DNA from: an uncultured Clostridium sp.
GTDB lineage: Bacteria; Bacillota; Clostridia; TANB77; CAG-508
DNA length: 64,000 nucleotides
Assembly (NCBI GenBank): GCA_947064765.1
Contig: CAMSWH010000001.1
Span: 73 to 64,072 of the forward strand
Direction of reading: 5' to 3'
This document shows, one piece after another, positions 9,745-20,175 of the stretch. The first letter of the stretch is position 1, and each line of letters starts with the position of its first letter. The position numbers were made by a program, and so were the translations under genes. The notes under the pieces are model-generated. The model was not told the DNA's origin. It ran no database searches and saw nothing but the letters and a program-made list of their open reading frames with translations.

Positions 9745-10620
9745 TCAAATTGTAATTTGTTGACTACTTTGCATTTTATTTTTCATCTTTTTATAAATTA
9801 AACATATAATCATAAATGAAATTATTTGTGCTATTAAAATCCTAACTATTTGCAATTCATCTGCCCCTGTATTAGATACTATATGAAGCATATTTGTAGC
9901 AATAATATTATTAAATAAATGATCTCCTATACCAATAAATAAACTACCTGTCATTTTATACAACATACCCCATTTAATACTCATAATTCCTGCGAGTAGA
10001 ATATAACCTAATATCATTACAATTAAATAAATAAGATTCATCTCTCCATTTATAAATAATCTTAGTGGCATTACAAAATGCCATAGTCCAAATAATAAAG
10101 CAACTATTATATTTGATTTTAAAAAATTATTTTTACTATTTATAACTTTTAAGAAAAAACCTCTAAATAATCCTTCTTCCATAATAACATTAACAATATT
10201 TAGTAGAATACATAAAATAAAAAACACAATTTTAGTATGTTTGACTTCATTTCCAACTAAAGAAAACCCATTAACATAAAGTTGAAAACTAGGGTTTCTC
10301 GAATTTGCATAAAGCGTTATATATTCTATAAAATATGATATTCCAAAACAAATCCCCCCTAATATCAATCCATAAATTAAATATTTAAAGAATTTATTTT
10401 TTTCAAAGCCAATATCTTTAAACTTATAATTCATTATTTTTAGTAAAAATAATAATATGATAATCCCTATCATTTTGTGAATAAAATTTTCAGATATAAA
10501 AGTTGTATCAGTCTTTATTATAAAGTATTCCACAATTCTTATTACTAAACATATCATAAATATTATAAAACTATATAGAATAGGTTTATTTAGTATGTGT
10601 TCTTTTAATCTTCCTTTCAT
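9745..10620 (-). CDS. CPBP-family (CAAX/Abi) intramembrane metalloprotease
   Basis: The EEGLFRGFF motif and FGLWHF motif are characteristic of the CPBP family; polytopic membrane protein. Confidence 0.7.
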   Translation of the reverse strand: MKGRLKEHILNKPILYSFIIFMICLVIRIVEYFIIKTDTTFISENFIHKMIGIIILLFLLKIMNYKFKDIGFEKNKFFKYLIYGLILGGICFGISYFIEYITLYANSRNPSFQLYVNGFSLVGNEVKHTKIVFFILCILLNIVNVIMEEGLFRGFFLKVINSKNNFLKSNIIVALLFGLWHFVMPLRLFINGEMNLIYLIVMILGYILLAGIMSIKWGMLYKMTGSLFIGIGDHLFNNIIATNMLHIVSNTGADELQIVRILIAQIISFMIICLIYKKMKNKMQSSQQITI

Positions 10621-10649
10621 TTCTTACCTCACTTTTAAATTGTAATTTT

Positions 10650-11249
10650 TTATTCAAAATAGTATGTTTCATTTTTATTATTTTGAATTGTAGCATTCGT
10701 AGGTACTTCTCTTAAAATATTAAATATATTATAAATATCAGGATAAACACCTACCATTCCCATTATTGCCATTCCAAACAATATTCCATTTAATTCTTTT
10801 AAACTATTGCTACTAAAACAGAATATAACTAACGGGATCAAACCTAAAATAATTGGTAATATGCTTAAAAATATAAAACGATTCCTTTTTACTGGACTTG
10901 AAGATAATGCAACTGCTGTTAAACTTTTAGGCATTATACCTATATATACTGTTGCATTTTTAGGGAAAGCGATAGCATGTAATAATTCGTGAACAATTAT
11001 TAAGAAAAATCCTATAATTACTCCTATAAATAGAAAACTTACATTTATTATTTTTTCATTTGCAATAAATGTTTTTGCAAACATACATATAAAGCAACTA
11101 AAAACAGATGGTATCATAAAAGGTAGTGCTTTTATTTGCATTTTCTTCATATCTTCTTCAATATCTAATTTTTTAGCATTTTTAGGTATATCAGCAGTAG
11201 GAAAATCATTCTCACTTTTTATTATACCTTTCCATATAATTTTAGGCAT
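10650..11249 (-). CDS. Membrane-embedded putative zincin peptidase (DUF3267-like)
   Basis: HELLHAIAF (HExxH) lies within a polytopic membrane protein. Confidence 0.5.
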   Translation of the reverse strand: MPKIIWKGIIKSENDFPTADIPKNAKKLDIEEDMKKMQIKALPFMIPSVFSCFICMFAKTFIANEKIINVSFLFIGVIIGFFLIIVHELLHAIAFPKNATVYIGIMPKSLTAVALSSSPVKRNRFIFLSILPIILGLIPLVIFCFSSNSLKELNGILFGMAIMGMVGVYPDIYNIFNILREVPTNATIQNNKNETYYFE

Positions 11250-11285
11250 TTCTTCATCTCCTATTATCTCTACTTGTAATTTGAA

Positions 11286-11705
11286 TTACTCTATATCAAA
11301 ACTTTCTGTCTTTAAATCACAATAATATCTACCGCTTGTAGTAGTAAATTTTAAAACACAATAATCTGGATCAGTTACACCTTTTTTATAAAACATTGTA
11401 TCGCCTTTTTTCCAAATTATATTTTTGGTTTCTTGGTCTGTTAATACTTCCATATTTCCTTTTAACATAACACCAACATATTTAATTAGTCCTTTATGAT
11501 AAAAGTATATACTAGCATTAGAATTATTTTGATATTGCTTTACTCTCATAGATGAAGTATTAGTAGAAAAATAAAACTCTTTTAAACCATTTCGTTTTCT
11601 AGGTTTCAGCATTGCTTTAATATTAGGATAATTTTCATTATCAATAGAACTTATAAAACTAACTTTTTGCTTATCAATAAATTTTTCTATTTTCTTTAAA
11701 TCCAT
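11286..11705 (-). CDS. Pyridoxamine 5'-phosphate oxidase-like FMN-binding protein
   Basis: 139 aa with a PNPOx-like split-barrel pattern. It is the first gene of the seven-gene array. Confidence 0.45.
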   Translation of the reverse strand: MDLKKIEKFIDKQKVSFISSIDNENYPNIKAMLKPRKRNGLKEFYFSTNTSSMRVKQYQNNSNASIYFYHKGLIKYVGVMLKGNMEVLTDQETKNIIWKKGDTMFYKKGVTDPDYCVLKFTTTSGRYYCDLKTESFDIE

Positions 11706-11865
11706 AAAACTTCATCTCACTTTCAAATTACTATTTGTCTAACAAATAGATAATATCATATAATTATTTATTCATCAATTAAAGAAATCTATTTAATACT
11801 TATTATGCGCAGATAATTTTGAATAAAAATAAAAACCACTGAAATTGGTTAAATTTCAATGGTTT

Positions 11866-11953
11866 TGGTGCAGATGGCCGGAATCGAACCGGCACGGTTT
11901 ATTCAACCGCAGGATTTTAAGTCCTGTGCGTCTGCCAGTTCCGCCACATCTGC
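11866..11953 (-). tRNA. tRNA-Leu (anticodon TAA)
   Basis: The reverse complement folds as a cloverleaf with a 7-bp acceptor stem (GCAGATG/CATCTGC), anticodon loop CTTAAAA, a long variable arm, T-loop GGTTCGATTCC and an encoded CCA. An AACCACTGAAATT/AATTTCAATGGTT terminator hairpin lies just downstream (11831-11866). Confidence 0.85.
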
Positions 11954-12257
11954 ATTTTTACTGGCAAGTCAGTTTTCAACTGACAAGAGTTATTATACTA
12001 TCTAAAATTTCATATGTCAATAATTTTTTTGAAAAAAATTTAAAAATGTGTAAAAGCATTGTAAATTCTTCAGTTTATATTAATTCAAAACAATTCTACT
12101 AACAATAGCACCGAAAACAAAAAAACTAAACCTCAAAACATATACCAACAATAGGGTATGCATTTCCTCATTTATATAATTATTAATGATTATTAGCAAC
12201 TCTTAACGAAGCCTTTATTTAATAGAAAAATTCTTTACTTTTTTCTATTAAATAAAA

Positions 12258-12277
12258 AAGCGCTTATCTAAGCGCTT
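12258..12277 (-). terminator. Intrinsic terminator of glyQS
   Basis: Perfect palindrome AAGCGCTTATCTAAGCGCTT followed on the minus strand by a T-tract, 5 nt past the glyQS stop. Confidence 0.7.
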
Positions 12278-12282
12278 TCCTA

Positions 12283-13665
12283 TTAAAATTCTAATTTATC
12301 TTGAACATATTTTGCTACTTCATCTATTTTAATTCTTATTTGTTCCATTGTATCTCTATCTCTAACAGTTACACATTCATCTTCTAAAGTATCAAAATCA
12401 ATTGTTATACAGTAAGGTGTTCCTATTTCGTCTTCTCTTCTATATCTTTTTCCTATACTTCCTGCTTCATCATAATCACACATAAAATATTTTGACAATT
12501 TACTATAAACCTCTTCTGCTTTTTCTGATAATTTCTTTGATAATGGAAGTACTGCTACTTTATAAGGTGCTAAAGCTGGATGTAATTTTAATACTGTTCT
12601 AATATCTCCTTCTCCTACTTCCTCTTCAAAATAACTGTTACATAAAAAAGCAAGTGTTGCTCTATCTGCTCCAAGTGATGGCTCTATGCAATATGGTACA
12701 TATCTTTCATTAGTTTCAGGGTCTAAATATGTTAAATCTTCTTTTGAATGTTCCATATGTCTTGATAAATCATAATCAGTTCTATCTGCAATTCCCCAAA
12801 GTTCTCCCCAACCAAATGGAAATGCTATTTCTATATCTGTTGTAGCTTTACTATAAAATACTAATTCTTCTGGGCTGTGATCTCTTAATCTTATATTTTT
12901 TTCTTCCATTCCCAAATCTAGTAAAAATTGTTTACAATAATTTCTCCAATATTCAAACCATTCTAAATCTGTTCCTGGTTTGCAGAAAAATTCAAGTTCC
13001 ATTTGTTCAAATTCTCTTGTTCTAAATGTAAAGTTTCCTGGTGTAATTTCATTTCTAAAGGCTTTACCAATTTGTGCAATACCCATTGGTAATTTTCTTC
13101 TTGTTGTTCTTTGAACATTTTTAAAATTAACAAATATACCTTGTGCTGTTTCTGGTCTTAAATAAATTTCTGATTTTGCATCTTCTGTTACACCTTGAAA
13201 TGTTTTAAACATTAAATTAAATTTTCTTATATCTGTAAAATTGTGTTTTCCACAATTTGGACAATCTATGTGATTATCGTCCATAAATTTTATCATTTCA
13301 CTATCTGACATTCCGTCTGCTATCATATCTTTTCCATTTTCATGTGCCCATTCTTCTATTAGTTTATCTGCTCTATGTCTTGTTTTACATTCTTTACAAT
13401 CTATAAGTGGATCTGAAAATCCTCCAACATGTCCTGATGCTACCCAAGTTTGTGGATTCATTAATATTGCTGCATCAAGCCCTACATTATATTTGCTTTC
13501 TTGTACAAACTTTTTCATCCATGCTTTTTTTACATTATTCTTTAGTTCTACTCCTAGTGGTCCATAATCCCAAGTATTTGCTAGACCTCCATAAATTTCA
13601 GATCCTGGATATACATATCCTCTTGCCTTACATAAATTCACAAGTTTTTCCATTGATTCTACCAT
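12283..13665 (-). CDS. glyQS: Glycine--tRNA ligase, class II alpha2 type
   Basis: [44 protein letters not shown]... is canonical GlyQS; 460 aa. Confidence 0.95.
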   Translation of the reverse strand: MVESMEKLVNLCKARGYVYPGSEIYGGLANTWDYGPLGVELKNNVKKAWMKKFVQESKYNVGLDAAILMNPQTWVASGHVGGFSDPLIDCKECKTRHRADKLIEEWAHENGKDMIADGMSDSEMIKFMDDNHIDCPNCGKHNFTDIRKFNLMFKTFQGVTEDAKSEIYLRPETAQGIFVNFKNVQRTTRRKLPMGIAQIGKAFRNEITPGNFTFRTREFEQMELEFFCKPGTDLEWFEYWRNYCKQFLLDLGMEEKNIRLRDHSPEELVFYSKATTDIEIAFPFGWGELWGIADRTDYDLSRHMEHSKEDLTYLDPETNERYVPYCIEPSLGADRATLAFLCNSYFEEEVGEGDIRTVLKLHPALAPYKVAVLPLSKKLSEKAEEVYSKLSKYFMCDYDEAGSIGKRYRREDEIGTPYCITIDFDTLEDECVTVRDRDTMEQIRIKIDEVAKYVQDKLEF

Positions 13666-13694
13666 AATAAAAACCTCCTCTTTATTTTTTTATG

Positions 13695-13950
13695 AAGATA
13701 TGGTAATTCTTCATATTTTTTCTAAGGATTAGTTTTATAAAACAAAAAACTTACATCCTTAGCATAAAGCTAGGGACGTAAGTTCTACTTACGCGGTTCC
13801 ACCCTAATTGGTATTTTAAATACCCACCTTAATTTATATTGCTCCAAAGCTCCAAAATATATTTACTATTGCTTGTTTTCCACTATCACAAACTCACTAA
13901 AAATAGTTTTCTAACATATTTCCTCTTTTTCATCACAATTCATATTATGT
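13695..13950 (-). promoter_or_regulatory. T-box riboswitch leader of glyQS (approximate bounds), with promoter and terminator/antiterminator
   Basis: On the minus strand AATTAGGGTGGAACCGCG (T-box consensus) is followed by the terminator CTTACGTCC...GGATGTAAG plus TTTTTTGTTTT. An AGAGG-containing stem I lies upstream. The promoter TTGACT, 17 nt, TAAAAT is at about 13950-13985. Confidence 0.8.
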
Positions 13951-14135
13951 AATCTATTTTACAACAGTTACTATAAAAAGTCAATATTTTATTTTCAATT
14001 CACATGTGACATATCTATTTTAAACCTATATTATTTTCAAATCAAATACACCACATCATTTTAAATCTATATTATTTTTAATATTACAAACTATTTTAAA
14101 GCAACCTCTTAATTTCAAATTTCTATATTATAACT

Positions 14136-14774
14136 TTATCTAACTTCTTCTTGCTCTCTATTTTCTGGTATTTTTATATAATCAAAAGATTCATATTCTT
14201 CCATACCTTTAATATCCATATCTATTTTTGAATATTTATTCTTTTTTTTCTTTATTCTAATTAATCTAATTGGATCTTTTTCATGTAATCCTTTTAAATC
14301 TCTTGGATTATCATCTACAAAAACACCTTTTTTATAATCTAAATCTAATGTAAATTTATAATCTGATGTTATTATTATCTCATCAAAATATTCTCTTAAT
14401 CCAGATGCATTAATTTTATCAATTTGATATTCTTCGTTACTTTTATCTGGAATATATGTCAGCATTATTGATCTATGACCTTTATCTTTTATTCTTTTTA
14501 AAAATCTTTTTCCATCTTCATAAGTAAGATTTCTTGAATTTGCTATACAATTTTTCACATTTTGTACTACTTCCTGTGGATTAATTTTATATCTATTAGC
14601 AATTTCTTGCGCAAATAAATATATATTTCCTGTTGTTGCATTAAAACTCCCTTTTATTTCTTCAATTTCTTCTTTATTATTTATATTTATAGAATTAATA
14701 ATTGCTTCTACCATTATAGGCGTTAAGCTTGATGTTTCATATAATGTATTATCAAAATCTACATAGTAATTCAT
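14136..14774 (-). CDS. HAD-superfamily hydrolase-like protein
   Basis: N-terminal DFDNTLY (DxDxT motif I). Confidence 0.45.
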   Translation of the reverse strand: MNYYVDFDNTLYETSSLTPIMVEAIINSININNKEEIEEIKGSFNATTGNIYLFAQEIANRYKINPQEVVQNVKNCIANSRNLTYEDGKRFLKRIKDKGHRSIMLTYIPDKSNEEYQIDKINASGLREYFDEIIITSDYKFTLDLDYKKGVFVDDNPRDLKGLHEKDPIRLIRIKKKKNKYSKIDMDIKGMEEYESFDYIKIPENREQEEVR

Positions 14775-15251
14775 AGTATTCCCTCCATTACTATATTAAT
14801 ATCACATATCATATTTTTTATCAAATTTTTATAAAAAAAAGTTTTATGTAATCTGTTTTATTTTTATGAAAACCATTTTTCTATTTAAATTTTTCTGTGG
14901 ATAATGTGGATAACTCTGTGAATAACTCATATTTAAACATTTTTTCGACATATTTTATTCACATTAATTTTACATTTTTGTAATTTTGTAACATAAAATT
15001 ATTATTTATATCTTTTATGTGTACAGTATGTATGTTTGGTTTACTCTAAAATTATCTTTGATTTATATGCTTTTCTCACTATTTTTATCAATTTATAATC
15101 AATTATGATTTTTTTCTTTCTCATACTTCACTTTTTGTAAAAATTATGTTATATTTAAATAACAATTTTATAGTTGGAATAATAAACACTAAAAATCTTT
15201 TAGTCGTTTTTTATTTCTTATATATACTATGTTTATTTGAAAGGATTATTA

Positions 15252-17273
15252 ATGAAAACAAAAATAAAAAATGTTTTAGATAAAGTAAAAAACTCATTTA
15301 ATGATAATCTATCAAAATTTAAAAATTTTATGAAACGAAAATTAGAACCATTAAATCCAAAAATTGATATATTAAAAAAGTTTTTTATTAATATAGCTGA
15401 AAAATTACATTTAAAACAAATCTATCATTTTACAAGATTAGATAAACTTGTAAATAAATTAAAATCAACTGATAAAAAAGTTTACTTTGATTTAATAAAA
15501 AAAACATTTATATTAATTTTTATTCCAATATTAATTTATCTTTATTGCCAATTATTTTGTAATGGAAAACTATTTTTTGAAGAAAAAAGAATGCAATTAA
15601 ATTTTATTTTTATTTATTTTATAATAGGATTTTTCTATTGTATTTTTGGAAAAATAAAAATCAGTTTATATTTAAGTATGCTATTAACTTTTATAGCTGG
15701 AATAGTAAATCATTTTATAACTGCTTTTAGAGGAACACCTCTAGTTCCATGGGATATTTTTTCTTTAAATGTTGCTTTAACAGTTCTTCCGACTTTTAAA
15801 TTTTCACTTAGTAAAAAAGCAATATTAGGAATTATATTATTTTTCTTTGGAATTTTTGTATTACATAAAACACATTTTAATAGTTTCAAAAATGGAAAAA
15901 TAAAAATTTCATATAGATTAATTGTTTTAGCTATAACTGTTTCATTTACTACTAACTTTTATTTAACTGATATGATTTCAAAATACGAATTAGATGAAAA
16001 TTGGGATCCAAAAGAGGAATATCATAATAATGGTTTAATAGCTAGTTTGTTTAAACAATCAAGAAATCTTATTATCGATACCCCAGATGGTTATGATGTA
16101 AATTCAATAACAGAACTAGCTAAATCAATTGAAGTTCCTTTAGTAGAACATGATGAAAACTATGAATATCCAAACATTATTGCAATAATGAATGAGTCAT
16201 TTGCTGATTTAAGTGTTGTAGGAAATTTCAAAACAAATACAGATTATTTACCTTTTTTTAAAAGTTTAAATAAAAATGCTATAAAAGGTAATTTACATGT
16301 ATCAATATTCGGAGCTACAACTCCTAATAGTGAATGGGAATTCTTAACATCAAATACAATGGCTTTTGTTCCTAAAAGAACAGTTCCATATCAACAATAT
16401 GTACTTAGAAATTCTTATTCCCTTGCAACAATATTAAAATCTCAAGGCTATTCAACAAGTGCTATACATTGTTACTATCCACAAGGATATAATAGAAATT
16501 TAGCTTATCCAAGACTTGGATTTAACTCTTTTTCACACATATATACAATGAAAGATTTAACATATATTAGAGAATATCCAAGTGATTTAAGTACATATAA
16601 GAATATTATTGATATATATGAAAATAAAAAAGAAAATGAAAAAATGTTTAACTTCACACTTACTATGCAAAATCATGGTAGCTACACTGATGAAAATTTT
16701 ACAAGCACAGTAATTGCTGAAAATGGTCAATATCCAAAATTAAATCAATATTTATCTTTAATAAAAATAGCTGATGAAGCTTTAGAATATTTAATTAATT
16801 ATTTTGAGAATCAAGAAGAACCTACTATTATTGTTCTATTTGGTGATCATCAACCTTATGTAGAAGATGAGTTCTATAAAGATTTATTAGCAAAAAATTA
16901 TGCTGATCCTACTTCAAAAGAAGCTACAGAGCAAACCTATATTACACCATTTTTAATATGGGCAAATTATGAGATCGACACAGAAAAATACAAAAATATA
17001 ACTGATATTAGCTCAAATTACTTATCTTCATTGCTTTTAGATGTTGCTAATATTCAAAAAACACCATATCTTGAATTTTTGGATGAACTTAGAACTGAAA
17101 TCCCTATCATTACTGGTAATGGATATATGGATAAAAATGGTAAATATCATGATTTTTCAGAAGAAACTGAATATTCAAAATTAATTGAAAATTATCATTA
17201 TTTGCAATTTAATAATATGTTTGATAATTCAAGTAAAATAACATCTTTATTTGAAGTTCCAAAATCAAATTAA
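15252..17273 (+). CDS. LTA synthase / phosphoglycerol transferase family protein (membrane-anchored sulfatase-superfamily enzyme)
   Basis: Five N-terminal TM helices plus an extracellular alkaline-phosphatase/sulfatase domain (IIAIMNESFADLS, GDHQP). AAAGGA lies 7 nt before the ATG at 15252; the ORF-track start at 15237 is a TTG. Confidence 0.7.
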   Translation: MKTKIKNVLDKVKNSFNDNLSKFKNFMKRKLEPLNPKIDILKKFFINIAEKLHLKQIYHFTRLDKLVNKLKSTDKKVYFDLIKKTFILIFIPILIYLYCQLFCNGKLFFEEKRMQLNFIFIYFIIGFFYCIFGKIKISLYLSMLLTFIAGIVNHFITAFRGTPLVPWDIFSLNVALTVLPTFKFSLSKKAILGIILFFFGIFVLHKTHFNSFKNGKIKISYRLIVLAITVSFTTNFYLTDMISKYELDENWDPKEEYHNNGLIASLFKQSRNLIIDTPDGYDVNSITELAKSIEVPLVEHDENYEYPNIIAIMNESFADLSVVGNFKTNTDYLPFFKSLNKNAIKGNLHVSIFGATTPNSEWEFLTSNTMAFVPKRTVPYQQYVLRNSYSLATILKSQGYSTSAIHCYYPQGYNRNLAYPRLGFNSFSHIYTMKDLTYIREYPSDLSTYKNIIDIYENKKENEKMFNFTLTMQNHGSYTDENFTSTVIAENGQYPKLNQYLSLIKIADEALEYLINYFENQEEPTIIVLFGDHQPYVEDEFYKDLLAKNYADPTSKEATEQTYITPFLIWANYEIDTEKYKNITDISSNYLSSLLLDVANIQKTPYLEFLDELRTEIPIITGNGYMDKNGKYHDFSEETEYSKLIENYHYLQFNNMFDNSSKITSLFEVPKSN

Positions 17274-17385
17274 ACTACGAAATTAAACAAATCATTATAT
17301 TTTAGTAATTTTATATAATATTCAAATAATAATAAACTTGCCATAAAAAAAGTATAGAAATTAGCAAATTTCTATACTTTTTATT

Positions 17386-18582
17386 TTAACGACTTTCTCT
17401 TAAATATAAACCTTTATTATATGCATGTTTTCCTTTTTTTCTATTAATAATAATCAAAAATGCTCCTACTAATAAAATTATACCGATTAAAATTTTAGTT
17501 ATTTCAGCTTTTATTGTTATTTTTTTATCTTCAATAGTAGTAGTAAATGTATTATTAATTTCATCATTAGATACAATTCCTGCTATAAAACTTCTACTTT
17601 TATCCTTATCTTCTATCCCCTCATATTCATGCATATCATATTCTTCTAATATATCATCTAAATTATAATTGTTATATCCATACTCAAATAAATTTATCGT
17701 ATCTAAATATCTTGCACTTAACCCATCTTCTGTGCTTTCTGCATGAAGTACTACAGCAATTGTTTCAAATCCATCTTTATTACTACTAGAAATTAAACAA
17801 TTTTTAGCAGGTGTTGTAAATCCAGTTTTTATACCATTGCAATATGGATAATAGTATCTGTTATCTGATAATAATAAACTATTAGTATTTCTATAAACTC
17901 TAGGTTCTTGCCATAATTCTGTATTTGGAAGACTACATTCCATTGTTGTTACCAATTTTCTAAAAGTTTCATTTTGCATACAATATCGTGCAATCAAAGC
18001 CATATCATATGCTGTAGAATAATGATTTTCGTCATGAGCTCCATTTGCATTTACAAAATTAGTATCTAAACATCCTATTTCTTTTGCTTTTTCATTCATT
18101 AATTTTGCAAATTCACTCATACTACCTGAAATATGTTCTGCTAGAATATTTGCTGCTTCATTTGCAGAATGAATAATCATTACATTTAATAGCTCTTCTA
18201 CTGTAAAAGTTTCACCAACTTGTATATTAGCTGTTGAATATCCAGGTTTTATAGAATTTACTGCTGCATCACTTGCAACTTGAGTCTCTTTTAAATCACA
18301 CTTTTCAATAGCAAGTATTGCTGTTAAAATTTTAGTAGTACTTGCTGGATATTTTCTTGCATGAATATCCTTTTCATATAAAACTTTTCCTGTTTTGTTT
18401 TCTATCAAAATAGCTGATTCTGAATAAATCCTCATTTCTCCATCAATTTGCTCTTCTGTAATTTGTTCATCATTTGGGACTATTGCTTGATTATCACTTG
18501 TTGCATATGAATATTTATAAAATATAAATTGCATTATAAATATAATCATAAAAATTTTAATAAATTTTTCTTTAAATCTCAT
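17386..18582 (-). CDS. dacF: D-alanyl-D-alanine carboxypeptidase (PBP5-type serine peptidase S11)
   Basis: Signal peptide, SxxK (ASTTK) and SxN (SANE) motifs, and a C-terminal membrane anchor. The gene symbol is a guess; it could be dacA or dacB. Confidence 0.75.
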   Translation of the reverse strand: MRFKEKFIKIFMIIFIMQFIFYKYSYATSDNQAIVPNDEQITEEQIDGEMRIYSESAILIENKTGKVLYEKDIHARKYPASTTKILTAILAIEKCDLKETQVASDAAVNSIKPGYSTANIQVGETFTVEELLNVMIIHSANEAANILAEHISGSMSEFAKLMNEKAKEIGCLDTNFVNANGAHDENHYSTAYDMALIARYCMQNETFRKLVTTMECSLPNTELWQEPRVYRNTNSLLLSDNRYYYPYCNGIKTGFTTPAKNCLISSSNKDGFETIAVVLHAESTEDGLSARYLDTINLFEYGYNNYNLDDILEEYDMHEYEGIEDKDKSRSFIAGIVSNDEINNTFTTTIEDKKITIKAEITKILIGIILLVGAFLIIINRKKGKHAYNKGLYLRESR

Positions 18583-18825
18583 TTTTCCTCCAGCATGTAA
18601 TTTAATACTTATCTATAGTTATATTAGCATTAATATAATATTAATTAGAAATTATTTTATTACTAATTATTATTTCTAAAATTTACCTTATTTAATATCT
18701 ATTTTTATAATATAAAAATACAATATTTAGTATATCATAAAAAAATCAAATAAATAATAAAGATACAAATATTTAACACAAATAAAATATAGTTCTCAAT
18801 TTTACTTAAAAATTTGTAAAAAACA

Positions 18826-18854
18826 TTGACAAACAATTAAATTTGATTTAAAAT
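18826..18854 (+). promoter_or_regulatory. Sigma-A-type promoter for the tRNA-His/tRNA-Gln unit
   Basis: TTGACA, 17 nt, TAAAAT, about 35 nt upstream of tRNA-His. Confidence 0.6.
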
Positions 18855-18888
18855 ATAATAGCGTTGTAAATAAATCACGCCACAATAT

Positions 18889-18966
18889 GGTGGATGTAGC
18901 GTAGTTGGTTAACGCGTCAGTTTGTGGCACTGAAGACCGTGGGTTCGAGTCCCATCTTCCACCCCA
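18889..18966 (+). tRNA. tRNA-His (anticodon GTG) with G-1
   Basis: Extra 5' G pairing with discriminator C, anticodon loop TTGTGGC, T-loop GGTTCGAGTCC and an encoded CCA. Confidence 0.85.
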
Positions 18967-18978
18967 CTATTTATATAT

Positions 18979-19053
18979 TGGGCTGTAGCCAAGCGGTAAG
19001 GCACCAGACTTTGACTCTGGCATGCGCTAGTTCGAATCTAGCCAGCCCAGCCA
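18979..19053 (+). tRNA. tRNA-Gln (anticodon TTG)
   Basis: Acceptor stem TGGGCTG/CAGCCCA, anticodon loop CTTTGAC, T-loop AGTTCGAATCT and CCA. It is followed by the terminator AAAAGCAATAGCTAGCTATTGCTTTTATTTTTTTT (19054-19092). Confidence 0.85.
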
Positions 19054-19249
19054 AAATAAAAGCAATAGCTAGCTATTGCTTTTATTTTTTTTAACATTAA
19101 TGATAAACCACTCTAGCTATTCTCAAAATTTGATTATAACTAATTTTTTTCAAAATTTATGAATATATTAAATTTATATTACAAATATTGTACACCTCAA
19201 AATTTAATGCTATAATTTATTATATATTTTAGTATAAGGGGGCAAATAA

Positions 19250-19549
19250 ATGGATTCATTTGAGCTTTTACAAAAATTAGATAAAAATCACGGTAGAAAA
19301 TCAGATTATAAAACTACTATTAATATAGAAGATATTAATAAAATAACAGCAGAAAGAATATCTGAAAATCAATTAAAAGAAGACACTGGTTTATCTGATG
19401 TAATAGCTACACCTGATAAAGAATCTATTTCTCCTAAAGAAACAACTAAAAAAGCTACAAGAAATCTAACTCCTACTCTTGAAGTAGTAGATATTGTAAC
19501 AGAAGAGCCAAATAAAGGTAAAGATGAAAAAGATGATGACGCAAGATAA
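19250..19549 (+). CDS. Small acidic hypothetical protein
   Basis: A strong RBS (AAGGGGG) lies before the ATG; 99 aa, Lys/Glu/Asp-rich. Confidence 0.5.
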   Translation: MDSFELLQKLDKNHGRKSDYKTTINIEDINKITAERISENQLKEDTGLSDVIATPDKESISPKETTKKATRNLTPTLEVVDIVTEEPNKGKDEKDDDAR

Positions 19550-19567
19550 AATATAAGGAGAATTAAG

Positions 19568-20029
19568 ATGGTAATATCATTAGAACAACGTGAAGCTTAT
19601 AGCGAAGTATTAGAAGTTTTAAGACACATGGATAAAATATATGTTAATATGATTCCAAAAAAAATAATAATGTTCTTTTATGATAATTGTTCTCTTGATT
19701 ATGAATTTACAATGACAAAATCAATTGGAGAAGAAAATCTAAAAGAAAAAACATTAGATTTACTTTCTTTATTAAATCTAAATTATTGGAATAAAACAAA
19801 AAATAAAGATGAATTTATAATGAAATATTCTATAAATGATAAAAGAACACAAAAGCAATTAAATTTACAATTAGAACAGCAAAATATTTTTACAAAAATT
19901 GATATATCTAATATAGATTTAGATTCACAAGATGAGAATCTTCCTACTTTAACTAATACAGCTTGGGATGTATTCAAAAAAACTATTAATTTTATAAAAG
20001 ATTTACTTATAAAATTTTTCAAAGATTAA
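19568..20029 (+). CDS. Hypothetical protein (153 aa)
   Basis: An AAGGAG RBS lies before the ATG. The terminator hairpin AATCTCTAGTATATAATACTAGAGATTTTTT is at 20061-20096. Confidence 0.5.
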   Translation: MVISLEQREAYSEVLEVLRHMDKIYVNMIPKKIIMFFYDNCSLDYEFTMTKSIGEENLKEKTLDLLSLLNLNYWNKTKNKDEFIMKYSINDKRTQKQLNLQLEQQNIFTKIDISNIDLDSQDENLPTLTNTAWDVFKKTINFIKDLLIKFFKD

Positions 20030-20175
20030 TATTTATTCTTTAATATAATTTTGAAATTATTTAAAATCTCTAGTATATAATACTAGAGATTTTTTGATAT
20101 AAAATTAGTAACTAAAAAACACCACAAATAGATTTCTCTATTTTGGTGTTTTTAATTTTATTTATATATAAATTA

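Noticed and set aside
11845-12102. 85-aa plus-strand ORF (TTG start) overlapping tRNA-Leu
   Set aside because: It is entirely explained by the antisense of a well-folded tRNA-Leu(TAA) and has no RBS, so it is spurious.
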